64,000 nt of DNA from Deinococcales bacterium (GTDB taxonomy: Bacteria; Deinococcota; Deinococci; Deinococcales; JAAFIG01). Below are positions 47,158-56,929 of this stretch, piece by piece. Position 1 is the stretch's first letter, and every line of letters begins with the position of its first letter. The translations under genes were made by a program, and so were the position numbers. Location of the stretch: positions 32,001-96,000 of the forward strand of contig JANNVX010000041.1 of NCBI GenBank assembly GCA_031414595.1. The letters are read 5' to 3'. The notes beneath the pieces are model-generated. The model was not told the origin of the DNA, made no database searches, and saw nothing but the letters and a program-made list of their open reading frames with translations.

Positions 47158-48157
47158 AATTATCTTTGGCGGGTTCACCGAAAGCCATTGTCACCTCGAT
47201 AAAACCTTAAGCATCAAAGCTGTGGGCAATCCGTCTGGTACGCTGATGGAAGCCATTTACAAGTGGGTGGCGTATAAACCAAGCATCACCAAAGCCGATT
47301 ATTTGCACCGTGGCAGCCTCGCACTCAAAATGGCACTATCGGCTGGCACAACCCGCCTTAGAACCCATGTGGACGTGGATGCAAGCGGCTTTCTGGCTTT
47401 AGAGGCGATGCTCGAGTTACGTGAGCAGTACAAAGATAAAATCCTAATTCAAATTGTGGCACTTGGTAATCCATCCCAAGAACTGCACCTGATGCGCCAA
47501 GCCATGCAATTGGGCGCAGACGCGGTGGGTGGCTGCCCGGCAATTCGCCCTGATGGTGCGCTTGAAGTTAAAAATGCCCTTGAGTTGGCAGCAGAATTTA
47601 ATAAGCCCGTGGATTTACACATGGACGAAAACGACAACAGCAATTTTCTCGAGGTACTAGCCGATTTGGTAATCAAAACAGGATTTAACCTGCCTGTGGT
47701 GGCTGGACATTGTTGTAGCCTTGATTTTTTGCCCGAATCCGACGCGGCACGGGTGATTGAAAAAGTAGCTGCCGCAAAAATCAGTATTGTGTCGTTACCT
47801 GCTTGTAATCTCAATTTGCAAGGACGCGGTATTCACCCAATGCCACGCGGTATCACACGGGTAGCACAACTACTCGAGGCTGGGGTGAATGTTTGTTTTG
47901 CTTCGGATAACGTTCAAGACCCGTTTCATCCGGTTGGAAATTACGATTTGCTCTACGCCGCACATTTGGGGGCAACTGCTACCCACTTAACCCATGAAGC
48001 TGGACTCGAGGCGGCATTTAAGATGATTACCAGTAACGCCGAGGCTGCCCTTGGTCTCGAGCCATTAAGCACAAAAAAGGTCGTACTCGAGGCAGAATCA
48101 GCCGTAGATGCAGTACGAAGTATTGCCAGACGGCGCATTCTCGAGGGGCTGGTATGA
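47150..48157 (+). CDS. Cytosine/pterin deaminase-like amidohydrolase (short N-terminus)
   Basis: HCHLDK, RTHVD, DLHMDE, GHCCS, SDNVQDPF. Confidence 0.85.
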   Translation: MDEIIFGGFTESHCHLDKTLSIKAVGNPSGTLMEAIYKWVAYKPSITKADYLHRGSLALKMALSAGTTRLRTHVDVDASGFLALEAMLELREQYKDKILIQIVALGNPSQELHLMRQAMQLGADAVGGCPAIRPDGALEVKNALELAAEFNKPVDLHMDENDNSNFLEVLADLVIKTGFNLPVVAGHCCSLDFLPESDAARVIEKVAAAKISIVSLPACNLNLQGRGIHPMPRGITRVAQLLEAGVNVCFASDNVQDPFHPVGNYDLLYAAHLGATATHLTHEAGLEAAFKMITSNAEAALGLEPLSTKKVVLEAESAVDAVRSIARRRILEGLV

Positions 48158-48160
48158 AAG

Positions 48161-48275
48161 CCCCTCATCTGCCTTCGGCAGCTTCTCCCTTGGGAGAAGC
48201 CTTCGGGTTTTTCTGTGTTTTTACAATCTCCAACGCTAAAGCACCCCTCTTTTCGAGGGGGAGTAAGTGGGGGCT
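48161..48275. repeat. Intergenic multi-hairpin element
   Basis: CCCCTCATCTGCCTTCGGCAGCTTCTCCCTTGGGAGAAGC ... CCCCTCTTTTCGAGGGG. Confidence 0.5.
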
Positions 48276-48281
48276 AATTTA

Positions 48282-49517
48282 ATGGACATCCTGCTTAAAA
48301 ATGCCTTTCTCTCGAGCGGTCAAACTTTGGATATTGCCATTCAGGATGGTGTTATCGCGCACCTCGAGCCAAACCTAAACATGACGGCAAAACTCGAGCT
48401 AGATGCTGCACAATGCCTGACCATGCCAACTTTTGTCAATGGTCATCTTCATGCTTGTAAGTCGGATTGGCGCAAACTGTTGCCTGATACTTTTAATTAC
48501 TCAAGTATGCAAAATCGCTTTACGGCAATTACCGAGGTCAAACGCAAGTACACAAAAGCCGAAGTTCTGGCTCGAGCTGAAGCCACCGTGCGTTTAGCCA
48601 TTCGCCATGGTACGGGCGCATTACGCTTATTTGCCGATGTTGATGCTGATGCGGGGCTGCGGGCATTTGAGGCGCTGCTGGAGCTTAAAAAACGCTATGC
48701 GGCTTGGCTCGAGATTCAAGTGGCGGCGTTTCCACAAAATGGGGTTTTTAGTGCTAAGGAAAGTACCACCCAGCTTTTGACCCAAGCCCTCGAGATGGGA
48801 GCGGATGTGATTGGCGGGATTCCGTGGCTCGAGCCTACAGAATCCTCGCAAATGGCGCATATTGATTTGGTGCTTGGTTTGGCGCAGCACTATAAAATTC
48901 CAGCCCATTTTGTGCTGGACGATACCGACGACCCCACTTCGCGCACCGCCGAGATGGTGGCTGCCAAAACGATTGAACTTGGAATGCTAGGACAAGTTTG
49001 CGGCACACAAAGTAATGCCTTAGCATTTTATGACCCAGCCCATGCGGATAGGGTGATTCGGCTTTTCAAACAAGCAGGGATGACGATTTTTTCCAACGCC
49101 CATGTTGCTTTGGTCACAACCGCTCAGCGCAGCCAACCCGCCGCTCGAGGTCACGCCCCAATCCTTGAGTTATTAAAAGCTGGTGTGCCAGTTGCCACCG
49201 CCCAAGACGACATCGGCAATCCGTATTATCCCTTTGGACGTAACGACCTGCTCGAGGTGGCGCATTTTATGGCACACCTCGCACCGCTGGCTTGGGGGGA
49301 TGAAGTCCATCAAGTTCTTGAAATGGTCACGACCACCCCAGCCAAAGCCATTGGACTCGAGCAGTACGGCTTAGCGGTAGGCTGTAAAGCCAATTTACTT
49401 GTGTTGGATGCGCCAAATTGGTTTGAAGCCCTCAAAAATCAATCCGAGAAGAAATGGGTTATTTTGAATGGTAAAATTGCCTGCCAAGCCGAGCGTCAAA
49501 TCACCACCCATTTCTAA
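48282..49517 (+). CDS. Cytosine deaminase-like amidohydrolase with an altered active site
   Basis: GHLHACK, AFPQNG, GGIPW, HFVLDDTDDP, QDDIGNPYYPFG. Confidence 0.85.
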   Translation: MDILLKNAFLSSGQTLDIAIQDGVIAHLEPNLNMTAKLELDAAQCLTMPTFVNGHLHACKSDWRKLLPDTFNYSSMQNRFTAITEVKRKYTKAEVLARAEATVRLAIRHGTGALRLFADVDADAGLRAFEALLELKKRYAAWLEIQVAAFPQNGVFSAKESTTQLLTQALEMGADVIGGIPWLEPTESSQMAHIDLVLGLAQHYKIPAHFVLDDTDDPTSRTAEMVAAKTIELGMLGQVCGTQSNALAFYDPAHADRVIRLFKQAGMTIFSNAHVALVTTAQRSQPAARGHAPILELLKAGVPVATAQDDIGNPYYPFGRNDLLEVAHFMAHLAPLAWGDEVHQVLEMVTTTPAKAIGLEQYGLAVGCKANLLVLDAPNWFEALKNQSEKKWVILNGKIACQAERQITTHF

Positions 49518-49541
49518 CCGATGTCCCTTTGAGGTCAATCT

Positions 49542-50939
49542 ATGAACCCCGAAATTATTTCTGCCTTAAAAACCATTGTTAGCGAAAAACAAGTCTTCAC
49601 CGATGCTCGGTCGCTCGAGATTTTTAGCCTTGACCATTATTGGTATTCGCCTGTGTTGCTCGAGTTACTTGCCAGTAAACGAGCCGACGTGGTGGTTGCC
49701 CCAGCCAACAAATACGAATTGCTCGAGGTGGTGCGCTTAGCAGTTAAACACAGCATCCCACTGACCATTCGCGGCGCGGGTACAGGCAATTACGGGCAGT
49801 GTGTGCCGCTTTCGGGTGGGATTGTGGCGAATATGCACCGCTTAAACAACATCATCTCCATAGACCAAGAAACTGGTGTGGCTCGAGTCGAAGCAGGGGT
49901 ACGAATGGGGGCGCTGGAACGCAAAGGGCGCGAATTGGGTTGGGAGCTCAAAATCTACCCGAGTACCTGGGCAACTTGTACCATTGGTGGTTTTGTTGGT
50001 GGTGGTTTTGGCGGGGTCGGCAGCATTAACCACGGTACACTCTGGGATAACAATGTGCTGGCAGCCGAAGTCCTGACCCTGACCGATGAACCCGAAATCC
50101 TTGAGTTAAAAGGCTGGGACTGCGCCAGTGTGATTCATGCCTACGGCACAACTGCAATTATACTTGAACTGAGTATTCCGCTTGCCAAAGCCCAGAATTG
50201 GACTGAAGCGGTGCTGAGTTTCCCCAGTCTCGAGGCAGCCATTTCTTTTGGTCATGCTTTGGCGCTTGATACCAGTATTCCCAAGCGAGAACTTGCGATT
50301 AACCAAGCGGGTATTCCAGAGTTTTTTACGCCACTGGTCGCTGATGGCGGGGTGCAGATTGGTCGGGCAAATGCGTTGCTAGAAGTCGAAGCCACCTTTC
50401 TCAAAACGGCAGTTGATTTAGCCGCCAAGTTTGATGGCACACTCGATTGGCATAATCCGCCCGAAAAGTACCATAAGTCCTCGTTTGCGATTTCGGATTT
50501 TACTTGGAATCACACCACACTATGGGCAATGAAAGCCGACCCAGGTATCACTTATTTGCAAGGGCGTTTTATGGCGAATCGGGTTCTCGAGCAATGCAAA
50601 TTGTTAAGTGCAAAATTTCCAGCTGAAATCCTGATGCACCTCGAGTTTATCCACGAAAACTTAAGTTCTGGTGGAACGTTGGTGGCGGCTTCGTTACCAC
50701 TGATTCGCTACTCGAGCAAGGAGCGGCTTTACGAAATTATTGATTACTGCGAAGAAATCGGGATTCAAATTGCCAATCCGCACGTTTATTACCTCGACCA
50801 AGACCCGCGTTGGAGCGGCGAGGCGGTGCTTGAAGGAGTCAAGAAATTCAACCCAAAGTGGTTGCTTAATCCTGGTAAAATCAGGCAACTCGAGACTGGC
50901 GAAAAAGGCGTGACGGCTGGGTCATGGTTTAGATCATGA
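49542..50939 (+). CDS. FAD-binding oxidoreductase (GlcD/VAO-type FAD domain)
   Basis: RGAGTGNYGQC, TIGGFVGGG..G.GSI..G, HAYGT, WNHTT, LLNPGK. Confidence 0.88.
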   Translation: MNPEIISALKTIVSEKQVFTDARSLEIFSLDHYWYSPVLLELLASKRADVVVAPANKYELLEVVRLAVKHSIPLTIRGAGTGNYGQCVPLSGGIVANMHRLNNIISIDQETGVARVEAGVRMGALERKGRELGWELKIYPSTWATCTIGGFVGGGFGGVGSINHGTLWDNNVLAAEVLTLTDEPEILELKGWDCASVIHAYGTTAIILELSIPLAKAQNWTEAVLSFPSLEAAISFGHALALDTSIPKRELAINQAGIPEFFTPLVADGGVQIGRANALLEVEATFLKTAVDLAAKFDGTLDWHNPPEKYHKSSFAISDFTWNHTTLWAMKADPGITYLQGRFMANRVLEQCKLLSAKFPAEILMHLEFIHENLSSGGTLVAASLPLIRYSSKERLYEIIDYCEEIGIQIANPHVYYLDQDPRWSGEAVLEGVKKFNPKWLLNPGKIRQLETGEKGVTAGSWFRS

Positions 50940-51943
50940 CCAACGCTTGCCCAAAAGACATGCTTTACGGACCGTGTGCTGGAATGCGCTCAGATACCGA
51001 GTGCGAGATTCCGGGGGTTTCGTGTCCGTTTATCGCTCGAGCAACCGTCCCCGAATGGTCTGGGGCTGTACCAAGCCAAGCTGTCACGGCAGCTGGTGGT
51101 TTGGCAATCCTTGAAATCATGACCCGCCGCCCAATAATTATTACCGACATCCCGACCATTCCCTTAAATGCCGACAAAATCCTTGAGATTGCCGACCAGA
51201 TTCGCGGTAGTGCCGATGCCTATTTAATCGGTGACCACGGTGGCGCTCGGGTTCAATTTCCACCCGCTTACCGCGCTTGGCTGATGAAAAATGCGGGTCT
51301 CGAGTCTTGGGTTGGTTTTAATTGCCGTGACCGTAACCGCGTAGCCCTCGAGTCCGAAGCTGTTGCCTTGGCGCATCTTGGTGTGGCTGGCGTAAATTGC
51401 GTGACGGGCGACCATACCCTATCTGGACACCGCGCCGATGCCAAAGCCGTTTTTGATTTAGACAGCACCCGCTTGGCTGCCTTGGCTCGAGCCGCAGGGT
51501 TACTGGTTTCGGTCGGCGAAAAGCCAAATGCCATTCCAACCCAGCTTCGTGCCGAACGATTAGCCCAAAAAGTCAAAGCTGGAGCGCATATCTGTATGGT
51601 CAATATGCCACACAGTACCGAACTGGTGGCAGACTTTAGAGCGCAAACTTTATCAGCAGGCGCAGACGTGCCATTTGTGGTCGGTATTCCCGTGATTACT
51701 TCGCTCGAGTCACTGCACGGGGCAGTCGGTTTTTACAATCTGCAATTGCCAATTGGCTTAGCAACTCGGCTCGAGAATGCCAAGAACATTCGGCTCGAGG
51801 GGATTAAATTTGCCATCGAATACGGTCAGGCGATGCTTACTTTAGCTGGGGTACGAGGCTTAAATTTATCAGGGCTGGCAGCCACTCATCAAGAACTCGA
51901 GATGGCAAAAGACTTTGCCCTGATTGGACGAGAATTTCTTTGA
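50936..51943 (+). CDS. Methylenetetrahydrofolate reductase-like protein with an N-terminal Cys motif
   Basis: CPK...GPC.G....CE.....CPF N-terminus, CRDRNRVALES, CVTGDH, KVKAGA. Confidence 0.8.
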   Translation: MTNACPKDMLYGPCAGMRSDTECEIPGVSCPFIARATVPEWSGAVPSQAVTAAGGLAILEIMTRRPIIITDIPTIPLNADKILEIADQIRGSADAYLIGDHGGARVQFPPAYRAWLMKNAGLESWVGFNCRDRNRVALESEAVALAHLGVAGVNCVTGDHTLSGHRADAKAVFDLDSTRLAALARAAGLLVSVGEKPNAIPTQLRAERLAQKVKAGAHICMVNMPHSTELVADFRAQTLSAGADVPFVVGIPVITSLESLHGAVGFYNLQLPIGLATRLENAKNIRLEGIKFAIEYGQAMLTLAGVRGLNLSGLAATHQELEMAKDFALIGREFL

Positions 51944-51989
51944 AAACCTTTGGAACTGCTTTTTTCAAAGCTCATCGCCAAACGCCCCA

Positions 51990-52102
51990 CTAAGTTTGCA
52001 TTCGGCGCGTCAGCCACAAGAAAAAATTCTGCCAAGTAGGTCGGGACAATCCCGACGGGTGATTCCCCAAGACGAATCAGGGTTCTTGCCCCTAAATCTG
52101 AG
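51990..52102 (-). pseudogene. Remnant of the 3' end of a btuC/FecCD permease gene
   Basis: [19 protein letters not shown] vs [19 protein letters not shown] of btuC; 26 nt identical (52073-52098 = 57014-57039); frameshifted FLWL tail. Confidence 0.75.
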
Positions 52103-52260
52103 CGCCACCTGTAAAAAAATAGACTCATTGGAATAATTTTAAATAAAGTCCTCGGTCTACTCGTGCCTTGGTGAACTTCTCGAGAAAAGGCTAAAGTTTA
52201 CCCAGACCTAATGTGTGCAAAACGCGATATCCAAAAGCGAATTGAGTTACACTGTCAAGA

Positions 52261-53001
52261 ATGCAAACGATTTTCTCATATCAAAAAATGCCGTACCTGA
52301 TGCTCGCAGGGGCTATCTGGCTGGTTTGGGTGTTTGGGGCAATCACCCAAACACCATTTCGTAGCTTGGCGGTGTTGATGTTTGATACTTTAGGCGCTTT
52401 TATCCTGATTCGGCTGTCAAGCAAACTGCCTGCAACCTTGCGCCCAAGTGTGCTTGGTTTGGGGGTTGCCTTGGCATTTATTACCCTTGGAGACGCGATT
52501 TTGACCTATTCGTTATTTGCTGGAATCCCTCGAGCCGATTCGAGTTTTATCCGTGACCCGCTTTATTATGCTGGTTCTCTGGTGGTGGTGATTTCTTCAA
52601 TTGCTTTTCCGTTTGCGATGCAGCGACAAGGTTTATATGCCCGCGCCCAAGCCTTAAGGTTGGTGCTTGGAAGCGTTTTTTTTGCGCTTTTTCTAACCGT
52701 GATTGTCACCTTAATCACCCAAGCCACGATTGGTAATATGGCACAATCAGCAATCAGTCAAATTATTTTCCAATTTGTGGTCTATTTACTGACTGCACTT
52801 TTTGGCAGTCAAACCGTGGTCTTAGGACGTGGGCGATTAGCCAATACCCTGCGCCAACTCTCAATCGTTTTTTTATTGGTCAGTTTAGCCAGAATCGCCA
52901 CAATTGTGATTGGTGGACAGTATTACGGCGAATTAACCTATGATTTTTTGTGGTGCGCTGGGATGAGCATGTCAGCTTGGATGATGGCAAACAGGGAGTA
53001 A
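52261..53001 (+). CDS. Hypothetical multi-pass membrane protein
   Basis: About 7-8 TM segments; TACACT 7 nt before ATG. Confidence 0.75.
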   Translation: MQTIFSYQKMPYLMLAGAIWLVWVFGAITQTPFRSLAVLMFDTLGAFILIRLSSKLPATLRPSVLGLGVALAFITLGDAILTYSLFAGIPRADSSFIRDPLYYAGSLVVVISSIAFPFAMQRQGLYARAQALRLVLGSVFFALFLTVIVTLITQATIGNMAQSAISQIIFQFVVYLLTALFGSQTVVLGRGRLANTLRQLSIVFLLVSLARIATIVIGGQYYGELTYDFLWCAGMSMSAWMMANRE

Positions 53002-53021
53002 GATTCGAGCTTTGGTCTTAT

Positions 53022-54422
53022 CTATTGTATCAACCCTGCAACTCGTGTCCAATCAAGCGAGGCTTGGACTTGAGTTGCGATTCGGTCAAGCCGTGCATCC
53101 AGTGCCTCGAGTGGTTTAGGTGAGTTTAATCCTGCACTGTTTAAGAAGGCTTCTAAAAAAGCAGGATTCTCGAGTAATCCGTGGGCATAAACACCGCGTA
53201 CATTGCCATTGCGCCAACCAATGGCTTCGCCGCCCAGTTGAAGACAAATGCTTGCCGTGCCAGAAGTTCGTCCGATATGAATTTCATAGCCATGTAATTT
53301 GGTTTTTAATTCAAGATCGGTAAATTCGGCGGCTCGAGTGATTTTGTGTGTCATAAAGCTGGTCTCAAGGTCAAGTAAACCCAGTCCTTGGCTTGTGCCT
53401 CCACCTTCGATATGTTCTGGGTCGTGGACAGTATGCCCAAGCATTTGTAGCCCACCACAAATCCCGAGAATTGGCACGCCCGCTTTGGCAGCACGGGTAA
53501 TCGCGGCGGCTAAACCAGTGGTTCGTAACCATTCAAGGTCTGCTCGGGTGCTTTTAGAACCCGGAATGATAATTGCTCGAATCTGGTCAAGGTCGTGGGG
53601 TTCTCGAGCAATCCGAAGTACATCACCAAGCGGCGCAAATTCATCAAGGTTAGCAATACGCGGCAAGCTAATCACCGCCACTGTCCCCGAGCTTTGTGAG
53701 GTTTCAAATGCCATCCCGTCTTCTTCGGGCAGTGGAATGTTTAGCATTGGTACAACCCCAAGTGTTGGTACGCCCGTGCGTTGCTCGAGCCAAGCTGGGG
53801 CTGGGGTAAGCAAACTAGCATCACCACGAAAACGGTTTAAGATAAAACCTTTGACCAGGGCTTGTTCGGCAGGGCTAAAACACTGGTATGTGCCGAGCAG
53901 ATGCGCGAAACTACCACCTCGGTCAATATCTGAAACCAGTAAGACATTGGCGTTGACCTCGAGCGCAATGCTCATATTGACAATATCCGAGGCACGCAAA
54001 TTGATTTCGGCGGGGCTACCTGCGCCTTCAATCACCAGCACGTCGTAATCGAAGGCTAAGCTATGCAAAGCGGTTTTAACAGTTTTCCATAGGTGCGCTT
54101 TGCGTTCATGCCACGGTAATGCCGATAAGTTCAGGTCAGCTTTGCCTAGCACCACCACTTGCGAGCGGGTGTCGGCTTCGGGTTTCAGCAGGACTGGATT
54201 CATCCGCACATCGGGTTCAACCCGGGCTGCCATGGCTTGGACAATTTGCGCCCTGCCCATCTCGAGACCAGCTTTGGTGACACCTGCGTTGTTACTCATG
54301 TTCTGGGCTTTGAAAGGAGCAACCCGCACGCCTTGGTTTGCCAGAATTCGGCAGATGGCAGCAGTTAAATACGATTTACCCGCCGAGGAAGTACAACCTT
54401 GAATCATCAGCATTTTAGCCAT
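53022..54422 (-). CDS. cobQ: Cobyric acid synthase
   Basis: QGCTSSAGKS, PFKAQNMSNN, EGAGSPAEINL, GICGGLQMLG, GYEIH. Confidence 0.93.
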   Translation of the reverse strand: MAKMLMIQGCTSSAGKSYLTAAICRILANQGVRVAPFKAQNMSNNAGVTKAGLEMGRAQIVQAMAARVEPDVRMNPVLLKPEADTRSQVVVLGKADLNLSALPWHERKAHLWKTVKTALHSLAFDYDVLVIEGAGSPAEINLRASDIVNMSIALEVNANVLLVSDIDRGGSFAHLLGTYQCFSPAEQALVKGFILNRFRGDASLLTPAPAWLEQRTGVPTLGVVPMLNIPLPEEDGMAFETSQSSGTVAVISLPRIANLDEFAPLGDVLRIAREPHDLDQIRAIIIPGSKSTRADLEWLRTTGLAAAITRAAKAGVPILGICGGLQMLGHTVHDPEHIEGGGTSQGLGLLDLETSFMTHKITRAAEFTDLELKTKLHGYEIHIGRTSGTASICLQLGGEAIGWRNGNVRGVYAHGLLENPAFLEAFLNSAGLNSPKPLEALDARLDRIATQVQASLDWTRVAGLIQ

Positions 54423-55422
54423 GCAGAACCTCTGATAATGCTTTGAGTAACTTTGTATTGGCTGGCTCGAGTTGGGTCGAGATGCGAATTCTACTCGGGT
54501 AGCCATAACTGGTGCAGTCGCGCACACGGATATTGTGTTTCAGCAGGGCTTGGGTTATTTGACTGGCATCACCAACTTCGAGCGTAAAAAAGGGCAAGCC
54601 CGTAAAATGCACACTGCAAATTTTCGCCAGTTGACCACTCAATTGCTGACTTAACCCAAGCAATTTGGGAATGGTTTTGGTCAGATAATCTTGGGCGTTT
54701 GGTAATGCCTCAAACGCTGCGGCTGTGGCACTAGGCAGTACCCAAGCAGGGGCTAGATTCTCCAAGTGCAAGGCGGTATTTGGTGCAGCAAGCGCATAAC
54801 TTAAACGTAGCCCAACCAACCCGTGGGCTTTACCGGGCGATAAGACCCGAATGATACTCGGATGCTCGATTGGCAAAAGTTGTGGCGCAAAAGGTGCATA
54901 GGCTTGGTCGAGAATGAAATGTGCATGGTGTTGTTCGCACCATGTCGCAAGCTCGAGCAACAAGGGGGGTTCAAGACAGTTTCCAAGTGGATTATTGGGG
55001 CTGGAAGCGTAAACCAAACGCGGCTTTAGTTGCTCGAGGGTCAACCAAGCATTTTCTGGCTTACAGACTGTTAAGGCGCAACGCTCGAGTGCCACAGCGC
55101 GGGCAAATTCTCCAAAGGGCGGCAGTACCGAAACCACATCTTGATCAGGTTCTAGCCAAACTCGGGCAATGCGTTGCAGAATTTCGGAAGCCCCAACGCC
55201 AAGAATTATACTGTCTGGCTGGCAACCATGAAACCCTGCCAAAGCCGCTTTTAGGTTGCTGTAATTCGGGTCTGGGTAAGCCTCGAGGTTGGCGGTTCGG
55301 GCTACGAATAGCAAAACAGGGTTTGCTCCAAATGGATTGGTATTGACACTAAAATCTATGCTTGTAAAGCCAGTCTGGTTTGCGCCACCGTGCTTGGCGG
55401 GGGCTAATAATGGGTATTTCAA
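54415..55422 (-). CDS. cobD: Threonine-phosphate decarboxylase / HisC-like PLP enzyme
   Basis: HGG, DFSVNTNP, PNNPLG, PGKAHGLVGLR, VRDCTSYG; operon context; TTG start overlapping the upstream stop. Confidence 0.8.
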   Translation of the reverse strand: MKYPLLAPAKHGGANQTGFTSIDFSVNTNPFGANPVLLFVARTANLEAYPDPNYSNLKAALAGFHGCQPDSIILGVGASEILQRIARVWLEPDQDVVSVLPPFGEFARAVALERCALTVCKPENAWLTLEQLKPRLVYASSPNNPLGNCLEPPLLLELATWCEQHHAHFILDQAYAPFAPQLLPIEHPSIIRVLSPGKAHGLVGLRLSYALAAPNTALHLENLAPAWVLPSATAAAFEALPNAQDYLTKTIPKLLGLSQQLSGQLAKICSVHFTGLPFFTLEVGDASQITQALLKHNIRVRDCTSYGYPSRIRISTQLEPANTKLLKALSEVLHG

Positions 55423-56313
55423 GAAAGTACCTCGAGCAGTACACAACACCCTAAAAAAATCAGTAAGGCTTGTTTTGCCAATGTCTTTGCCCTTGAAATA
55501 TCGGTCAGTATTGGCGCTCGAGCCTCGGCATTTAGGGCATACAAATTGCGTTTCTCAAGCCGAATTGCCAATGCACCCGCACCCGCCGCCATTGGAATTC
55601 CGGCGTTTGGGCTACTGGTTTGCAGTCCGTCACGCAGCATGATGCGCCACGCTACCAAGTTCAAAGCCGCTAAGCATCCCCCAGTGACTCGGGCTGGAAT
55701 TAGATTGAGTAAATCATCGGCTCGAGCCGCTATTTTGCCCGAATATAGAAATGCTGGAGTACGGTAGCCCCACATCGCGTCGGCAGTATTGGCAAATCGG
55801 TACAAGGCTGCCAGTGGTAAACCACTAATTAAAAAACAAAGTATTGGGGCAATCAAAGCATCAGATAGATTCTCGAATAAACTCTCGATGCTCGCCCCAA
55901 TCACTTCGTCCTCGCGCAATTGGCTTGTGTCCCGACTGACCAAATGCCATGCCAGCATTTTACGAGCATTTTCCAGTAAGCCCAGTTCAAGTGGGTGCTG
56001 AACGGCTCGCACGGCTGCAAATAAAGACTTGAGACTGAGCATTGGTTTAAGCAGTAAAACCGTGCCAAATACCTCGAGCCAAGCTTGGGAGTAAACGCAG
56101 TAAATTTGAAACCATCAAAGCAAGACCAAAGACACTTATCGCCCCAAGTAACCACCATCCGCCGCCCTCGAGCAACTGGGTCTTAGGGCTGCTTGCCCTC
56201 CAGCGCGAACGAGCAAATTTTAGATAATCACCCATCCAGACCACCGCATGAAAACGCACTGGCGGTTCACCAAAAATCAGGTCTAGCAGTAAGGTCAAAG
56301 TAACAATCAGCAT
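55419..56313 (-). pseudogene. cbiB: Adenosylcobinamide-phosphate synthase, frameshifted near 56085
   Basis: 5' part DLIFGEPP..HAVVWMG and 3' part LVSRDT, ENLSD, NTADAMWGY, SPNAG lie in different frames. Confidence 0.8.
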
Positions 56314-56314
56314 T

Positions 56315-56929
56315 TCAATGTTCGATACCCGCTTGGGCTTCTATACCACGCTGATAAGCGTGTTTAATAAGCTGCATTTCGGTTACGGTGTCGGCGATTT
56401 CAAGCAGTTCAGGCAGCGCATTGCGTCCAGTAATGACAATGTGCAATCTTGGGTCTCGAGCCAGCAGCACCGCCTGTACTTCTAGCCAATCAACCCAACC
56501 GTAACTCAGGGTATAAGTGAATTCGTCCAGCACAATTAAGTCCCACTGCATGGATTCTATTGCGGCTTTAACCTCGAGCCAACCAGCTTGTGCCATTGCC
56601 TCGGACTGGTCTAAATCCTTGGAACGCCAAGTAAACCCGTCCCCTAAACCCTGAAAAGCCAAACCCAGTTATGTCAGTTGCCGATGCTCGCCAAACATCG
56701 CGTTTTCATGCTTTAAGAACTGAAATAATTTAACTTTCAGTCCACGCCCAGAAGCCCGTAACATCTGCCCAAGTGCGGCTGTACTTTTGCCTTTGCCGTT
56801 GCCCGTGTTGACCATTAGCAGCCCGTGCCGCCGCTCGCCGCTCGGCATTTTAGGGTTGGCTTTTTTCTGCGCCTCGTACTCGAGTTTTTGAGCTTCTAAA
56901 GCACTCCGAGCCGCTTTTTTATCTACCAT
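56315..56929 (-). pseudogene. cobO: Cob(I)alamin adenosyltransferase (CobO/BtuR) with an in-frame TAA at 56671-56669
   Basis: [16 protein letters not shown] ... ACA TAA CTG ... GDGFTW, VLDE, ITGR, ADTVTEM in one frame. Confidence 0.82.

Noticed and set aside
51889-52128. 79-aa ORF as a functional gene
   Set aside because: It is a frameshifted btuC fragment that runs into the end of the convergent gene.
53299-54048. 249-aa plus-strand ORF
   Set aside because: Antisense shadow of cobQ; the same applies to most short overlapping ORFs in the track.
56669-56671. Programmed stop-codon recoding in cobO
   Set aside because: The codon is TAA, not TGA or TAG, and TAA ends many genes here; a nonsense mutation or sequencing error is simpler.
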